DNA of 57,402 nt. It comes from a virus. Lineage: Duplodnaviria; Caudoviricetes. The position numbers and the translations under genes were made by a program. Of the stretch, positions 29,426-37,285 are shown piece after piece. The notes beneath the pieces are model-generated. The model had not been told where the DNA came from. It saw only the letters and a list, made by a program, of their open reading frames with translations, and ran no database searches. Each line of letters starts with the position of its first letter. Position 1 is the first letter of the stretch. Location: positions 1 to 57,402 of the IMG/VR virus record IMGVR_UViG_3300033150_001005; one strand, given 5' to 3'.

Positions 29426-29692
29426 CTAGCTGGCGGTCACAAGCCGCGCATACTCGGCCCTTGCTTGCGCTCTGATCTCGCGCTTGCCTTGGCGTGAAAC
29501 CACATCTATGGTTCGGAAGTACTTCGATCTGCGCATCGGCACCCACTCATAGAGGCGATCAGCTTGACTTGCCACCAGGGGGTCAACCATCCTACTCTCC
29601 TCCTCTTCGCGCCCGCACTCCCAACATTGGTTGATCAGACCGGGCTTCCCGGGGTCTGGGGTGAACTCTTCGCCACACACCGCGCAGATCAT
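29426..29692 (-). CDS. Small zinc-finger protein
   Basis: CAVCG...CWECG. Confidence 0.6.
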   Translation of the reverse strand: MICAVCGEEFTPDPGKPGLINQCWECGREEEESRMVDPLVASQADRLYEWVPMRRSKYFRTIDVVSRQGKREIRAQARAEYARLVTAS

Positions 29693-29747
29693 GATGTATT
29701 CTTCCCCTCATCCGGGTAGTAGAACAGCGATGGCGAATTTTACGCCT

Positions 29748-29969
29748 TCAGGACAGGATTTTTTTGATTTTGTGCCGCGCTTGCTTTCGTAGATCCGAGA
29801 TCCATTGTTGGCCGACGCCAACAATCCGGGCCGCCTCCGCCTGTGTAAAACCCAGCACGTCGCAATACAGAAAGGCATCCCGCTCCTTCGGGGGGAGCTG
29901 TTTCATTGCCGCCCGGAGCGATAGTCGGGCGATGATCGCATCCTCAGAATTTCTCACGGTGGTTCTCAT
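29748..29969 (-). CDS. Sigma-70 region 4 domain protein
   Basis: AMKQLPPKERDAF...GFTQAEAARIVGVGQQWIS. Confidence 0.85.
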   Translation of the reverse strand: MRTTVRNSEDAIIARLSLRAAMKQLPPKERDAFLYCDVLGFTQAEAARIVGVGQQWISDLRKQARHKIKKILS

Positions 29970-30237
29970 CAAACATTTCTCTCCAGGGTTTACGCTTGCG
30001 CCAATGGCGTACCTCGCCGCGAATTGAGCGTTTCATCCGCTGCTTGGCATTGCAAAGGATATGCGTCAGTTTGGTCCGCCCCCACGCCAAATCCAGCACG
30101 AGCGAGTAATTCCCCACGGCAACCAGCTCGTCTCGCTCTACCGTGGGCCGCTGCCCTGCCCGGATCATCCGATTCGCCAGACGCCGAATGTACGGCATGT
30201 ATTCCCGCACCAGGCGGTCTCTCTCTTCGATTGTCAT
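29944..30237 (-). CDS. Sigma-70 region 2-like protein
   Basis: ERDRLVREYMPYIRRLA...ERDELVAVG resembles FliA/WhiG region 2. Confidence 0.7.
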   Translation of the reverse strand: MTIEERDRLVREYMPYIRRLANRMIRAGQRPTVERDELVAVGNYSLVLDLAWGRTKLTHILCNAKQRMKRSIRGEVRHWRKRKPWREMFDENHREKF

Positions 30238-30336
30238 GGCGGATCGTTTGGACGACTGGGGCATGGCGAGACAGTTAGACCTTCAATCTCCCCAGTCACC
30301 GGCCCGCGTGGGGGGCGCCAGACCGGCTACACTTTC

Positions 30337-30365
30337 ATTCTGCCACATCATAAAGCAATTTGCAA
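30337..30365 (-). promoter_or_regulatory. Sigma70-like promoter for the leftward operon
   Basis: TTGCAA-17-CAGAAT on the - strand. Confidence 0.5.
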
Positions 30366-30436
30366 CAGAAATGTTTTTGCGCCCCAATGTACACTGGAGC
30401 ACAAAGGAGTCGCTGCTGCAAAGCGGCAAGCGGGCA

Positions 30437-30465
30437 TTGCCTAACAGACCTGTAAGATGTACAAT
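30437..30465 (+). promoter_or_regulatory. Promoter, leaderless mRNA
   Basis: TTGCCT-17-TACAAT, 6 nt before ATG 30472; contains CAGACCTG. Confidence 0.65.
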
Positions 30466-30471
30466 GGGGGC

Positions 30472-30699
30472 ATGAGCGGCAGTGCGCCCTCACAAAAAGA
30501 TCCTACTGCCATCGCCCGGGGGCGGCTCGGGGGATTGGCCGCCGCCCGCAACATGACCGCCGCACAGCGCTCGGAGCGGGCGCGCAAGGCTGGACACGGG
30601 CGGAAGCTGAAATGCACCTGCGGGCACTGCCCCACCTGCTACCAGCGCGAGTATCACCGCCGCTGGCGCGCCGCCCGCAGGCGAACAAACGGCGAATAA
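30472..30699 (+). CDS. Small basic putative DNA-binding protein (GRLGG motif plus CxCxxCxxC)
   Basis: KDPTAIARGRLGGLAAARNMTAAQRSERARKA. Confidence 0.7.
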   Translation: MSGSAPSQKDPTAIARGRLGGLAAARNMTAAQRSERARKAGHGRKLKCTCGHCPTCYQREYHRRWRAARRRTNGE

Positions 30700-30739
30700 A
30701 AAAAGTGAAAAAAAATTGAACTTTCGCCTTCTCTTCGCC

Positions 30740-30768
30740 TTGACAACTTAGAGCAGACCTGCGAAAAT
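30740..30768 (+). promoter_or_regulatory. Promoter, leaderless mRNA
   Basis: TTGACA-17-GAAAAT, 6 nt before ATG 30775; contains CAGACCTG. Confidence 0.7.
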
Positions 30769-30774
30769 ATAAGC

Positions 30775-31200
30775 ATGATGAGGCGGACAGAATCTAGGGC
30801 AGCCCGGAACAGGAACGACGCCTGGACGGGCATGAACTGGATTCGCCGCGAGAAGCGGCTCGCCATCTATCTCCGCGATGGGCTGGCGTGCTGCTACTGC
30901 GGCGCCTCGGTCGAGGACGGCGCCAAGCTGACCCTCGACCACCTCACGCCGGATAGCCGGGGCGGCGGGAACGAGGCGAGCAACCTTGTGACCTGCTGCC
31001 ACCGGTGCAATTCGGCTCGCGGCAATCGCCCGTGGCGGAAATTCGCTGGGGCGGTCGCCGAGTACCTCAACCACGGGATCGCGGCGGATGACATCATCCG
31101 CCACATCCAAAATACCCGCCGCCGGGCACTGGATGTCCAGGCGGCGAAGGAACTGATCGCGCGCCGCGGCGGATTCACCGCGGCGCTGAAAGGAAAATGA
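30775..31200 (+). CDS. HNH endonuclease
   Basis: RDG..C.YCG, LTLDH..P.SRGG, NLVTCCHRCN. Confidence 0.9.
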   Translation: MMRRTESRAARNRNDAWTGMNWIRREKRLAIYLRDGLACCYCGASVEDGAKLTLDHLTPDSRGGGNEASNLVTCCHRCNSARGNRPWRKFAGAVAEYLNHGIAADDIIRHIQNTRRRALDVQAAKELIARRGGFTAALKGK

Positions 31201-31457
31201 AAATGAAACACCGCTGCGGTCATCAAGCGGTGCTGCCGCCCTATATGGGGCGGGGCGCAGCTCGGCAGAGGCGGATCGCCGCCTATCTGGAGCGGGTATG
31301 CCCGCGATGCGCCGTCGAAGCCGCCCGGCGCCAATGCATGGCGCTGACAAACCTTGATGGTTCGCCAGCGCCGCTTGCATACCGCGAGCGGAAGCTGGCG
31401 GATCGACTTGCGGCGCTGCGGCGGATCTACGGAGCCGCGGCGCTGAAAGGAGAATGA
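31197..31457 (+). CDS. Small zinc-binding hypothetical protein
   Basis: H.CGH...CPRC. Confidence 0.7.
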   Translation: MKMKHRCGHQAVLPPYMGRGAARQRRIAAYLERVCPRCAVEAARRQCMALTNLDGSPAPLAYRERKLADRLAALRRIYGAAALKGE

Positions 31458-31460
31458 CAA

Positions 31461-31628
31461 ATGATAGTAATCGAGCAAAGTATTGAGATCCTGGAGGAGA
31501 CCCATGACGGCGATGATCTGACGCCGCAGGACCTGCGGCTCGTTGAAGCCGCTGTCAACGGGTGGTTGAGCGAGACTGGTAAGGTTGCATTCGACGAGCT
31601 GTACCGTCGCGTACAGCGCGGGAGGTGA
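31461..31628 (+). CDS. Hypothetical protein (55 aa, not in the ORF track)
   Basis: AAGGAG SD; MIVIEQSIEILEETHDGDDLTPQDLRLVEAAVNGWL... Confidence 0.7.
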   Translation: MIVIEQSIEILEETHDGDDLTPQDLRLVEAAVNGWLSETGKVAFDELYRRVQRGR

Positions 31629-31631
31629 ACC

Positions 31632-31835
31632 GTGGCTGAAATCATCAAGCGAATCAAAGCCTTCGGCGTGCCCTGCACGCTGTGGGCGTCCAAAGATCCC
31701 GAGGGGCGGCGTGTCTACGCCGTCAGCCGCGACCGGGGCGGCGTCGCCGTCGAGCCGCAGGGCGGCTGGCGGTACACCCAGCGCCTCACCCGGCTCGCGG
31801 GCGAGGATGCGACCAAGGCGGAGACGGATGACTGA
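31632..31835 (+). CDS. Hypothetical protein
   Basis: GGAGGT SD, GTG start. Confidence 0.65.
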   Translation: MAEIIKRIKAFGVPCTLWASKDPEGRRVYAVSRDRGGVAVEPQGGWRYTQRLTRLAGEDATKAETDD

Positions 31836-31839
31836 TTAA

Positions 31840-31898
31840 GCCCGCCTCCTCCCCTGATGAGCGCGGGCCGAAACGCCCCACCCGGGGCGTCGGGAGGA
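31840..31898 (+). ncRNA. Type I hammerhead ribozyme with pseudoknot
   Basis: Stem I tcctccc/gggagga; CTGATGA 31854-60; GAAA 31870-73; stem III acgcccc/ggggcgt; GTC cleavage triplet ending 31891; loop II gcgggc pairs with 5' gcccgc. Confidence 0.92.
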
Positions 31899-31905
31899 TA
31901 AAGAC

Positions 31906-32193
31906 ATGAGACTCAGGACCCCTAGCGACATTCAGCAATCGATCGCCCAGTGGCCTGGCTACTGGGCAGCGATGGACCTTCAACCATCCGGCGAGGTCCG
32001 GATTCGCTACTACGACGGCGGCGAGGCAAGCGCCGTCTTCACGCGGCGCGACGCCAATGACTACTACCTATGGAGCGAGACCCGACAGGTCCGGCTCCAG
32101 AACTGGAAGCGGGCGGATGAAATGTGGGAGTTCGTCCGCGAAGTCCTGGACCGCGGACCGGACCGTTACGGGCTCGCGCAGCTCCCCCTCTGA
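31906..32193 (+). CDS. Hypothetical protein
   Basis: GGAGG SD inside hammerhead stem I. Confidence 0.7.
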   Translation: MRLRTPSDIQQSIAQWPGYWAAMDLQPSGEVRIRYYDGGEASAVFTRRDANDYYLWSETRQVRLQNWKRADEMWEFVREVLDRGPDRYGLAQLPL

Positions 32194-32253
32194 CCCCTCA
32201 CCCCGGCTCACTCACGAAGCGGGCCAGGGTAGGCGGTTAGCCTGAGAAAGGAG
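32191..32253 (+). repeat. Intergenic structured motif, copy A
   Basis: TGACC..CTCA-hairpin-aggc GGTTA gcct-GAG-AAGGAG; aligns with 32571-32634. Confidence 0.7.
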
Positions 32254-32258
32254 AAGCA

Positions 32259-32573
32259 ATGAAGTATATAGTCGATTACGATCCTCCAGAGGGACAGAGC
32301 AGCAGAGTCCCCGGATTCCCGACGCCCCATGAGTTCGCCACGTTAAAAGAGGCTCGCCGGTACATCCGACAGCAACTGGGAGTCCGGCGGCTCCACCCAA
32401 GCCGGCGATGGGACCCCGACATTTACGAGAGCCGGGAAGATTCGACGCTCGTCAGCACCGAAGCGTATTACGAGACGCCTGACGAGGGATGCGGGTCGTA
32501 CTACATCCTTCGGCGCGAAGCTCCTGAGAAGCACTACGATCTCCGGCTGAGGTCTCAGTATGACGTGCTCTGA
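32259..32573 (+). CDS. Hypothetical protein
   Basis: AAGGAG SD; F.TLKEAR.YI motif. Confidence 0.7.
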   Translation: MKYIVDYDPPEGQSSRVPGFPTPHEFATLKEARRYIRQQLGVRRLHPSRRWDPDIYESREDSTLVSTEAYYETPDEGCGSYYILRREAPEKHYDLRLRSQYDVL

Positions 32574-32634
32574 CCTCTCACGCCAGCTCGCTCACTGAGT
32601 GCGGCTGGCGCGGGCGGTTAGCCCGAGGAAGGAG
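32571..32634 (+). repeat. Intergenic structured motif, copy B
   Basis: TGACC..CTCA-cgccagc/gctggcg hairpin-gggc GGTTA gccc-GAG-AAGGAG. Confidence 0.7.
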
Positions 32635-32641
32635 AAAGGAC

Positions 32642-32959
32642 GTGAATGGAAGAGAAATCAGGGAAATCCTGATGCAGCCCGCTGTCAGCCGTGCGATGAT
32701 GCTCGGCACCGAGAATCCGGCTTTGACCAAGCTCGTCAAGGCAAGAAAAATCCGCCGCGGCATCCTGCGCGCGAAGCGGAATCTCCAGCAGGATGTGGCG
32801 CGGCATTACAGTCCCCGGATGGACGCTGGCGAATGGTACGACGCTGGACTCAGCCTTGGCCCGCATCCGGCCCAGGAGCTGGCCATGCAGCGGTTGATTC
32901 GGGAAGCGTTCGAGGACCCGACGCTGCCGCCGGAGCTGCGGAAGAATGCGGCGCAGTAA
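32642..32959 (+). CDS. Hypothetical protein
   Basis: SD plus GTG start. Confidence 0.65.
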   Translation: MNGREIREILMQPAVSRAMMLGTENPALTKLVKARKIRRGILRAKRNLQQDVARHYSPRMDAGEWYDAGLSLGPHPAQELAMQRLIREAFEDPTLPPELRKNAAQ

Positions 32960-32983
32960 GCCAGAGTGGAAAGGAGAACAGGA

Positions 32984-33445
32984 ATGAACTTGAAACTTGT
33001 CCGGGCTGTCTACAGAACAGCCCTTGAAGCCAAATGGGGGGGCGAAGCAAACGCGGCGGCCCTCCACTACGGCATTCCGGAGATGCAAGTCCCTCCGCCC
33101 TACCCGGTCGCCGTATATGACGGCGAGAGGAAATACTTGGGATACTATCTCCGCGACTACCCTCGCGATACCGACCGGCGAACCCTGACGCTGGCGGAGG
33201 CTGCCGGCCCGGAGCTGCCGGTCTACCGCGACATTCGCGGGGTGTTCCGCCATGCCCTGATTGTCCGCTTGCCAAATGGCGGCTGGCTCCTAGAAGAGGT
33301 GGACGGGCCCGGCACCCGGTATGTACGGGACTTGCCCGAGATCGTGAGGTCTCAGCAGGTGTACGAGGAAATCCTCGCCACCATGCCGCCCGGCTTGACA
33401 CCCGGATTACCTGGCGAGATCCGGGCCCGCAGGCTGTGGGCGTGA
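32984..33445 (+). CDS. Hypothetical protein
   Basis: AAGGAG SD, ATG 32984. Confidence 0.65.
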   Translation: MNLKLVRAVYRTALEAKWGGEANAAALHYGIPEMQVPPPYPVAVYDGERKYLGYYLRDYPRDTDRRTLTLAEAAGPELPVYRDIRGVFRHALIVRLPNGGWLLEEVDGPGTRYVRDLPEIVRSQQVYEEILATMPPGLTPGLPGEIRARRLWA

Positions 33446-33468
33446 GGCGGCAGTGAAAGATCGCCGCG

Positions 33469-34794
33469 CTAGTCATCCCTATCATCCTCTAGCCTCAGAT
33501 ATCGCGGCTGGAATAGCAGTTTCGCCGCGCCTATCGGCCCGTTGCGTTGCTTCTCCACGCTGATCCGCGTTGGCACAGGATTCCCCGCCTCCATTGCCTC
33601 CTCGCGTGCTTTCCGCCGCTGCCAGATCACCAGAACAATATCGGCATCCTGCTCAATTGTCCCGCTCTCCCGGAGCATTGACAGCGATGGCGGCTTCTCG
33701 TCTTCATCTTGGTAGCGCCGGATTTGCGACAGTGCAATGACGGGAATTTGATGCTCGGCCGCCAACAGCTTCAGGTCCCGCGTCATCTGCGAGACCTCCT
33801 GCACCCGGTTTTCGGTCCGGTCGGCACCGCGGAGCAATTGCAGGTAGTCGATCACCATGTAGTCCGCCCGCCGCCCCGCGGCCTTGTGTCGCTGGAGCGC
33901 CGCGTGCAGCGAAAGAACCGTCCGGCTGGGCTGGTCCGAAACGTAGACCGGGAGCTCGGCAAGCTCTCGCGCAGCTTCCGCAACTTCTCGCCGCTCCAGG
34001 TTGCTTAGCCGGCCCTTGCGCCAGTGCTGCATACTGACTTGCGCCGCCGCTGCGATCATCCGCCGCCAGATCTCGGCCTTGCCCATCTCCAGCGACGCAA
34101 GTAGCCCGTGTCGCCCACATTTCCCGGCGTAGTGGCAGATGGCACCAGCGACAGCGCTTTTGCCGTGCGATGGTCGCCCAGCGATGATCACTAGTTCGCC
34201 ACGCCGAAACCCACCACCAAGAATCGCATTCAGATGCTGCCAGGGAAGCGGGAGCACCGGCTTCATCCGCGCCGGATTGAGGAAGTCCTCAAGTGGCGAC
34301 TCACGCTCCAGGTATTCCGTGAGCGATAAGAAATCCCCATCCGTCCGCTTGCCGCCAATGCCCCGGAGCTGCTGCTCGGCCCGTTCAAGCAGTTCCGTTG
34401 CCGTTCCGGCCCCTTCCGCTGCTTCGTTGGCTATCGCACGTGCCGCGTGGATGAGCCGCCGGCGCATCGCCGCCTCTTGGACGGTCCGGATGTATGATTC
34501 CAGGCCATACAACTGCGGCAACCCGTCATCCAGGCTCACCAGGTAGCTCAGTCCGTCGATTCTGCGGAGGTCGCCCGTCTCCTCCAGCCGATGCGCCAGC
34601 GTCACCCGGTCCACCGATTGCCCCTGCGCGTGCAGTTCCCGCATCGCCGTGAAAATAAGCTGGTGCTTGCGGAGCGAGAAATCGAGCGGTTGAAGTGAGG
34701 AAAGCATAGCAAGGAGGGCCTTGGCGTCGGTCATCGCGGCGCCGAGGATCAGCCGCTCAATATCGACCGCCGCCGGGAGCGTAGCCGCCGCCAT
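33469..34794 (-). CDS. dnaB: Replicative DNA helicase
   Basis: IIAGRPSHGKS, SLEM, IDYLQL, ALSQ, LRESGTIEQDAD, KQRNGP. Confidence 0.96.
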   Translation of the reverse strand: MAAATLPAAVDIERLILGAAMTDAKALLAMLSSLQPLDFSLRKHQLIFTAMRELHAQGQSVDRVTLAHRLEETGDLRRIDGLSYLVSLDDGLPQLYGLESYIRTVQEAAMRRRLIHAARAIANEAAEGAGTATELLERAEQQLRGIGGKRTDGDFLSLTEYLERESPLEDFLNPARMKPVLPLPWQHLNAILGGGFRRGELVIIAGRPSHGKSAVAGAICHYAGKCGRHGLLASLEMGKAEIWRRMIAAAAQVSMQHWRKGRLSNLERREVAEAARELAELPVYVSDQPSRTVLSLHAALQRHKAAGRRADYMVIDYLQLLRGADRTENRVQEVSQMTRDLKLLAAEHQIPVIALSQIRRYQDEDEKPPSLSMLRESGTIEQDADIVLVIWQRRKAREEAMEAGNPVPTRISVEKQRNGPIGAAKLLFQPRYLRLEDDRDD

Positions 34795-35004
34795 TTAGTC
34801 ACCCTTCAGCCAGCGTCGGAACCGCCCTCTTGACTTGTTGTCCGGATCATGCCAACTTACGCCGTAGATCCGCCGGCTGAAATCGCCCCAAAGTTTCTCT
34901 ATCTCTCGACGGTTGAGACCGCAGCATTCCGGGACGTACCAGTCAAGCCACTGCACGTCGAGCTCGTGTATCGGGTTAGCTACGTCATTCCTTGCTTTCG
35001 TCAT
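34795..35004 (-). CDS. Hypothetical protein
   Basis: ORF between rep and dnaB. Confidence 0.5.
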   Translation of the reverse strand: MTKARNDVANPIHELDVQWLDWYVPECCGLNRREIEKLWGDFSRRIYGVSWHDPDNKSRGRFRRWLKGD

Positions 35005-35968
35005 ACAGCCTCCCGAATGGATCTTCCGGCTCCGGAATTTTGTCCAGATCGCGCTTTTCCCGGAGCCACCGGTGCAACGCTGGCCAGTAGCGCGGCTCAA
35101 TGCCTTCGGCTAAGACGTGCTCCACCCATGCCTCGTGCCGTTTGTCAATCCGGGCTGCAGCTTCCGAATGCTGCGAATCGGGGAACTCACTCAATCTCTC
35201 TGCCCATGCTTGCTCAGCGAGAATTCGGCCGTCCTTCTTCGCGTGGCGTTCGTAGATCCGCTCAAATCTCTTCAAGCGATCTTCAGACACACACACCTCT
35301 GAGTCTTGCCGCGTTCCGCCAGACGGTGTTACCGTTACGATACGTTCGGTGTGTGTTGGCTCTGGCTTAGGCTCTGGCTCTGGTAGTAGAGTTTCTGTTG
35401 AATTTCTGTTGAATTTCTGTTGAATATCGGGGTTAACCACCAATGTTTTGTTAGACTTAGCCGATACACCGCGTATTGTGTGGCGCTGGTCTGTTGGGTT
35501 TCCGTTGAATCTTCGTTGAATCTTCGTTGAGTCTCTGTTGAGTTTCTGTTGAATTTCCGTTGAGTTTCTGTTGAGTTTCTGTACTGGTCTGCCGCGCGAT
35601 GGGTGGCGTGGATCGGAACCGTCCCACCATGTCAGCCCAGCCCGAGAGAGCGCGGTACGCCAAGTATTGTCCGCGTGCTCGGCAACGTCATGGATAACCA
35701 GCCGATGCGGCTCCGGCGCCGAGTCTACCCAACCCGTCTCAATGAGCAACTCGATCAGCTTGCCTTTCTCGCCAGTCCAGCCCAGCGCCGTCTCGATGAC
35801 GGCATCCGGCCACTTCCCGATGTCGCCCTGGATGGCGTACTTCGACGCCCAATGCCACAGTGACTCTAATATCCCTACAGCTAGCGTCTTGGGCATTCCT
35901 AGACCCGCCTCGCTGAGCCGATCAGCGAGCAGTTGGATCTTAGGGTGTTCAGGGGTTCCGCGTTTCAT
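34985..35968 (-). CDS. Replication initiator protein
   Basis: HPK..LA..L, G.L..LW.WA N-terminus; low-complexity iteron region; upstream of dnaB. Confidence 0.8.
   Translation of the reverse strand: MKRGTPEHPKIQLLADRLSEAGLGMPKTLAVGILESLWHWASKYAIQGDIGKWPDAVIETALGWTGEKGKLIELLIETGWVDSAPEPHRLVIHDVAEHADNTWRTALSRAGLTWWDGSDPRHPSRGRPVQKLNRNSTEIQQKLNRDSTKIQRRFNGNPTDQRHTIRGVSAKSNKTLVVNPDIQQKFNRNSTETLLPEPEPKPEPTHTERIVTVTPSGGTRQDSEVCVSEDRLKRFERIYERHAKKDGRILAEQAWAERLSEFPDSQHSEAAARIDKRHEAWVEHVLAEGIEPRYWPALHRWLREKRDLDKIPEPEDPFGRLYDESKE
35390..35582. repeat. Iterons / probable replication origin inside rep
   Basis: Two blocks of tandem 11-nt repeats (about tttctgttgaa) at 35390-35424 and 35498-35582. Confidence 0.8.
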
Positions 35969-35980
35969 GGTCCGTCTCAA

Positions 35981-36310
35981 TCATGACTGCTCAAACCCGG
36001 CAATGATCTCCCTGCCGATTTCGACGTATGAGCGCATCCACTGCGCCAAGGTTTTCGCGTCCTCGCCCGAAGCACGCTCAGCAAGATCACGTAGCGCCTC
36101 GCCCAGGCGGCCGTGGAAAGCAACTGAGTTCAAGTATTCCTTGCCTGTATTCTTACCCCTCGCCGCCACCGTTCGCTTGGAAATAGTGAGACACAGATCA
36201 TTTCGGGTGAGCACAAAGCCGTTTTGCGTCTCGTATAACACTCGCTCTTCGGCGGTTTTGCATTGACGCCCCAATGGCTTTGTGGTTTTCAGAATGGTTT
36301 TATTCAACAT
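35981..36310 (-). CDS. Hypothetical protein
   Basis: ORF in operon. Confidence 0.55.
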   Translation of the reverse strand: MLNKTILKTTKPLGRQCKTAEERVLYETQNGFVLTRNDLCLTISKRTVAARGKNTGKEYLNSVAFHGRLGEALRDLAERASGEDAKTLAQWMRSYVEIGREIIAGFEQS

Positions 36311-36316
36311 TGTTCC

Positions 36317-37285
36317 TTATGCCTCTCGTAGCGCAAGGCGCTCTTGGTCTGTCGCTGGTGTCTCCAGCTCCGCAAGGTTCCTCAGCGCTTGCCGGTAGTA
36401 GGTTGGCTTTAGCTCAATCCCAATTGCTTTCCGTCCGGCTTTTACCGCTCCGTACACCTCGCTTCCCACGCCCATGAAGGGAGATAATACCGCTTCCCCT
36501 GAGTTGCTCCAAAGCACAAGACACCGCTCGATCACATCAAGCTGAAGCGGGTGAATATGCCTCTCGTCTTCTTGGTCGCGTGCGGGTTTGTACGGCAGAA
36601 CATTGGTAAGCCGTATGTCATCCCAGAAGGCTGAAGCGTATTGTCGCCAGATCCAGTGAGAATAGCGATTTTCCGTCTGCTTGCCTTTCCAGTTGCGGTA
36701 TGGCAGCAGTTCCTGCGGAATAGGCCTCGCGCCAGCGTAGCTCTGCAATCCGTGCGGGTGAGCGATGGGGATCTTGTTTTCCCCCTTCTTCCTCATGACA
36801 AGGAGATAATCCGCACTAGCGACGCCGCAACGCGAGGAGTCCTCGACGATTGTTTTGTGTGCCAAACATTTTGCCATGGTCCGATTGCGGACGGTGAGCG
36901 GCTCCTTCCAGACATGGTATCTGGCGACGTAGCGGAACCCGATCTTATCATGCAACCGGATGATGTCACCTGGAAAATCTATCAGGTAATCATTACGCCC
37001 ATTATTGCTACGCGGTATGTCCATGCAGTGAACGCAAGTCATCCGACCCGGAAGTGTTAACCGAAAGATCTCCCGGATTATGAACTCATAATGCCTGAAA
37101 AACTCGTCGTAGTCTCGGCTGTTTGACAGATCCCTTGGACTGGAGGAATAATGATAAAGCCCAGCGAATGGCGGTGAGTAGATAGACAGGTGGATACTAT
37201 TATCCGGAAGCGTTGGTAGTACTTCCATTGCATCGCCGTTGTATACCGCGTAGCGCTCTGTGAGTTTCTGCTCGATTATAGCCAT
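36317..37285 (-). CDS. DNA methyltransferase (N4/N6, beta class)
   Basis: SPPF catalytic motif, HIHPLQL, PFMGVGS, GIELK. Confidence 0.93.
   Translation of the reverse strand: MAIIEQKLTERYAVYNGDAMEVLPTLPDNSIHLSIYSPPFAGLYHYSSSPRDLSNSRDYDEFFRHYEFIIREIFRLTLPGRMTCVHCMDIPRSNNGRNDYLIDFPGDIIRLHDKIGFRYVARYHVWKEPLTVRNRTMAKCLAHKTIVEDSSRCGVASADYLLVMRKKGENKIPIAHPHGLQSYAGARPIPQELLPYRNWKGKQTENRYSHWIWRQYASAFWDDIRLTNVLPYKPARDQEDERHIHPLQLDVIERCLVLWSNSGEAVLSPFMGVGSEVYGAVKAGRKAIGIELKPTYYRQALRNLAELETPATDQERLALREA

Noticed and set aside
32191-32634. Integron attC sites
   Set aside because: GTTAG is present but the inverse core is TGAC rather than AAC, the fold is branched, and no integron integrase is evident
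35390-35582. Third guide array
   Set aside because: 11-nt tandem repeats without variable spacers inside rep; typical iterons
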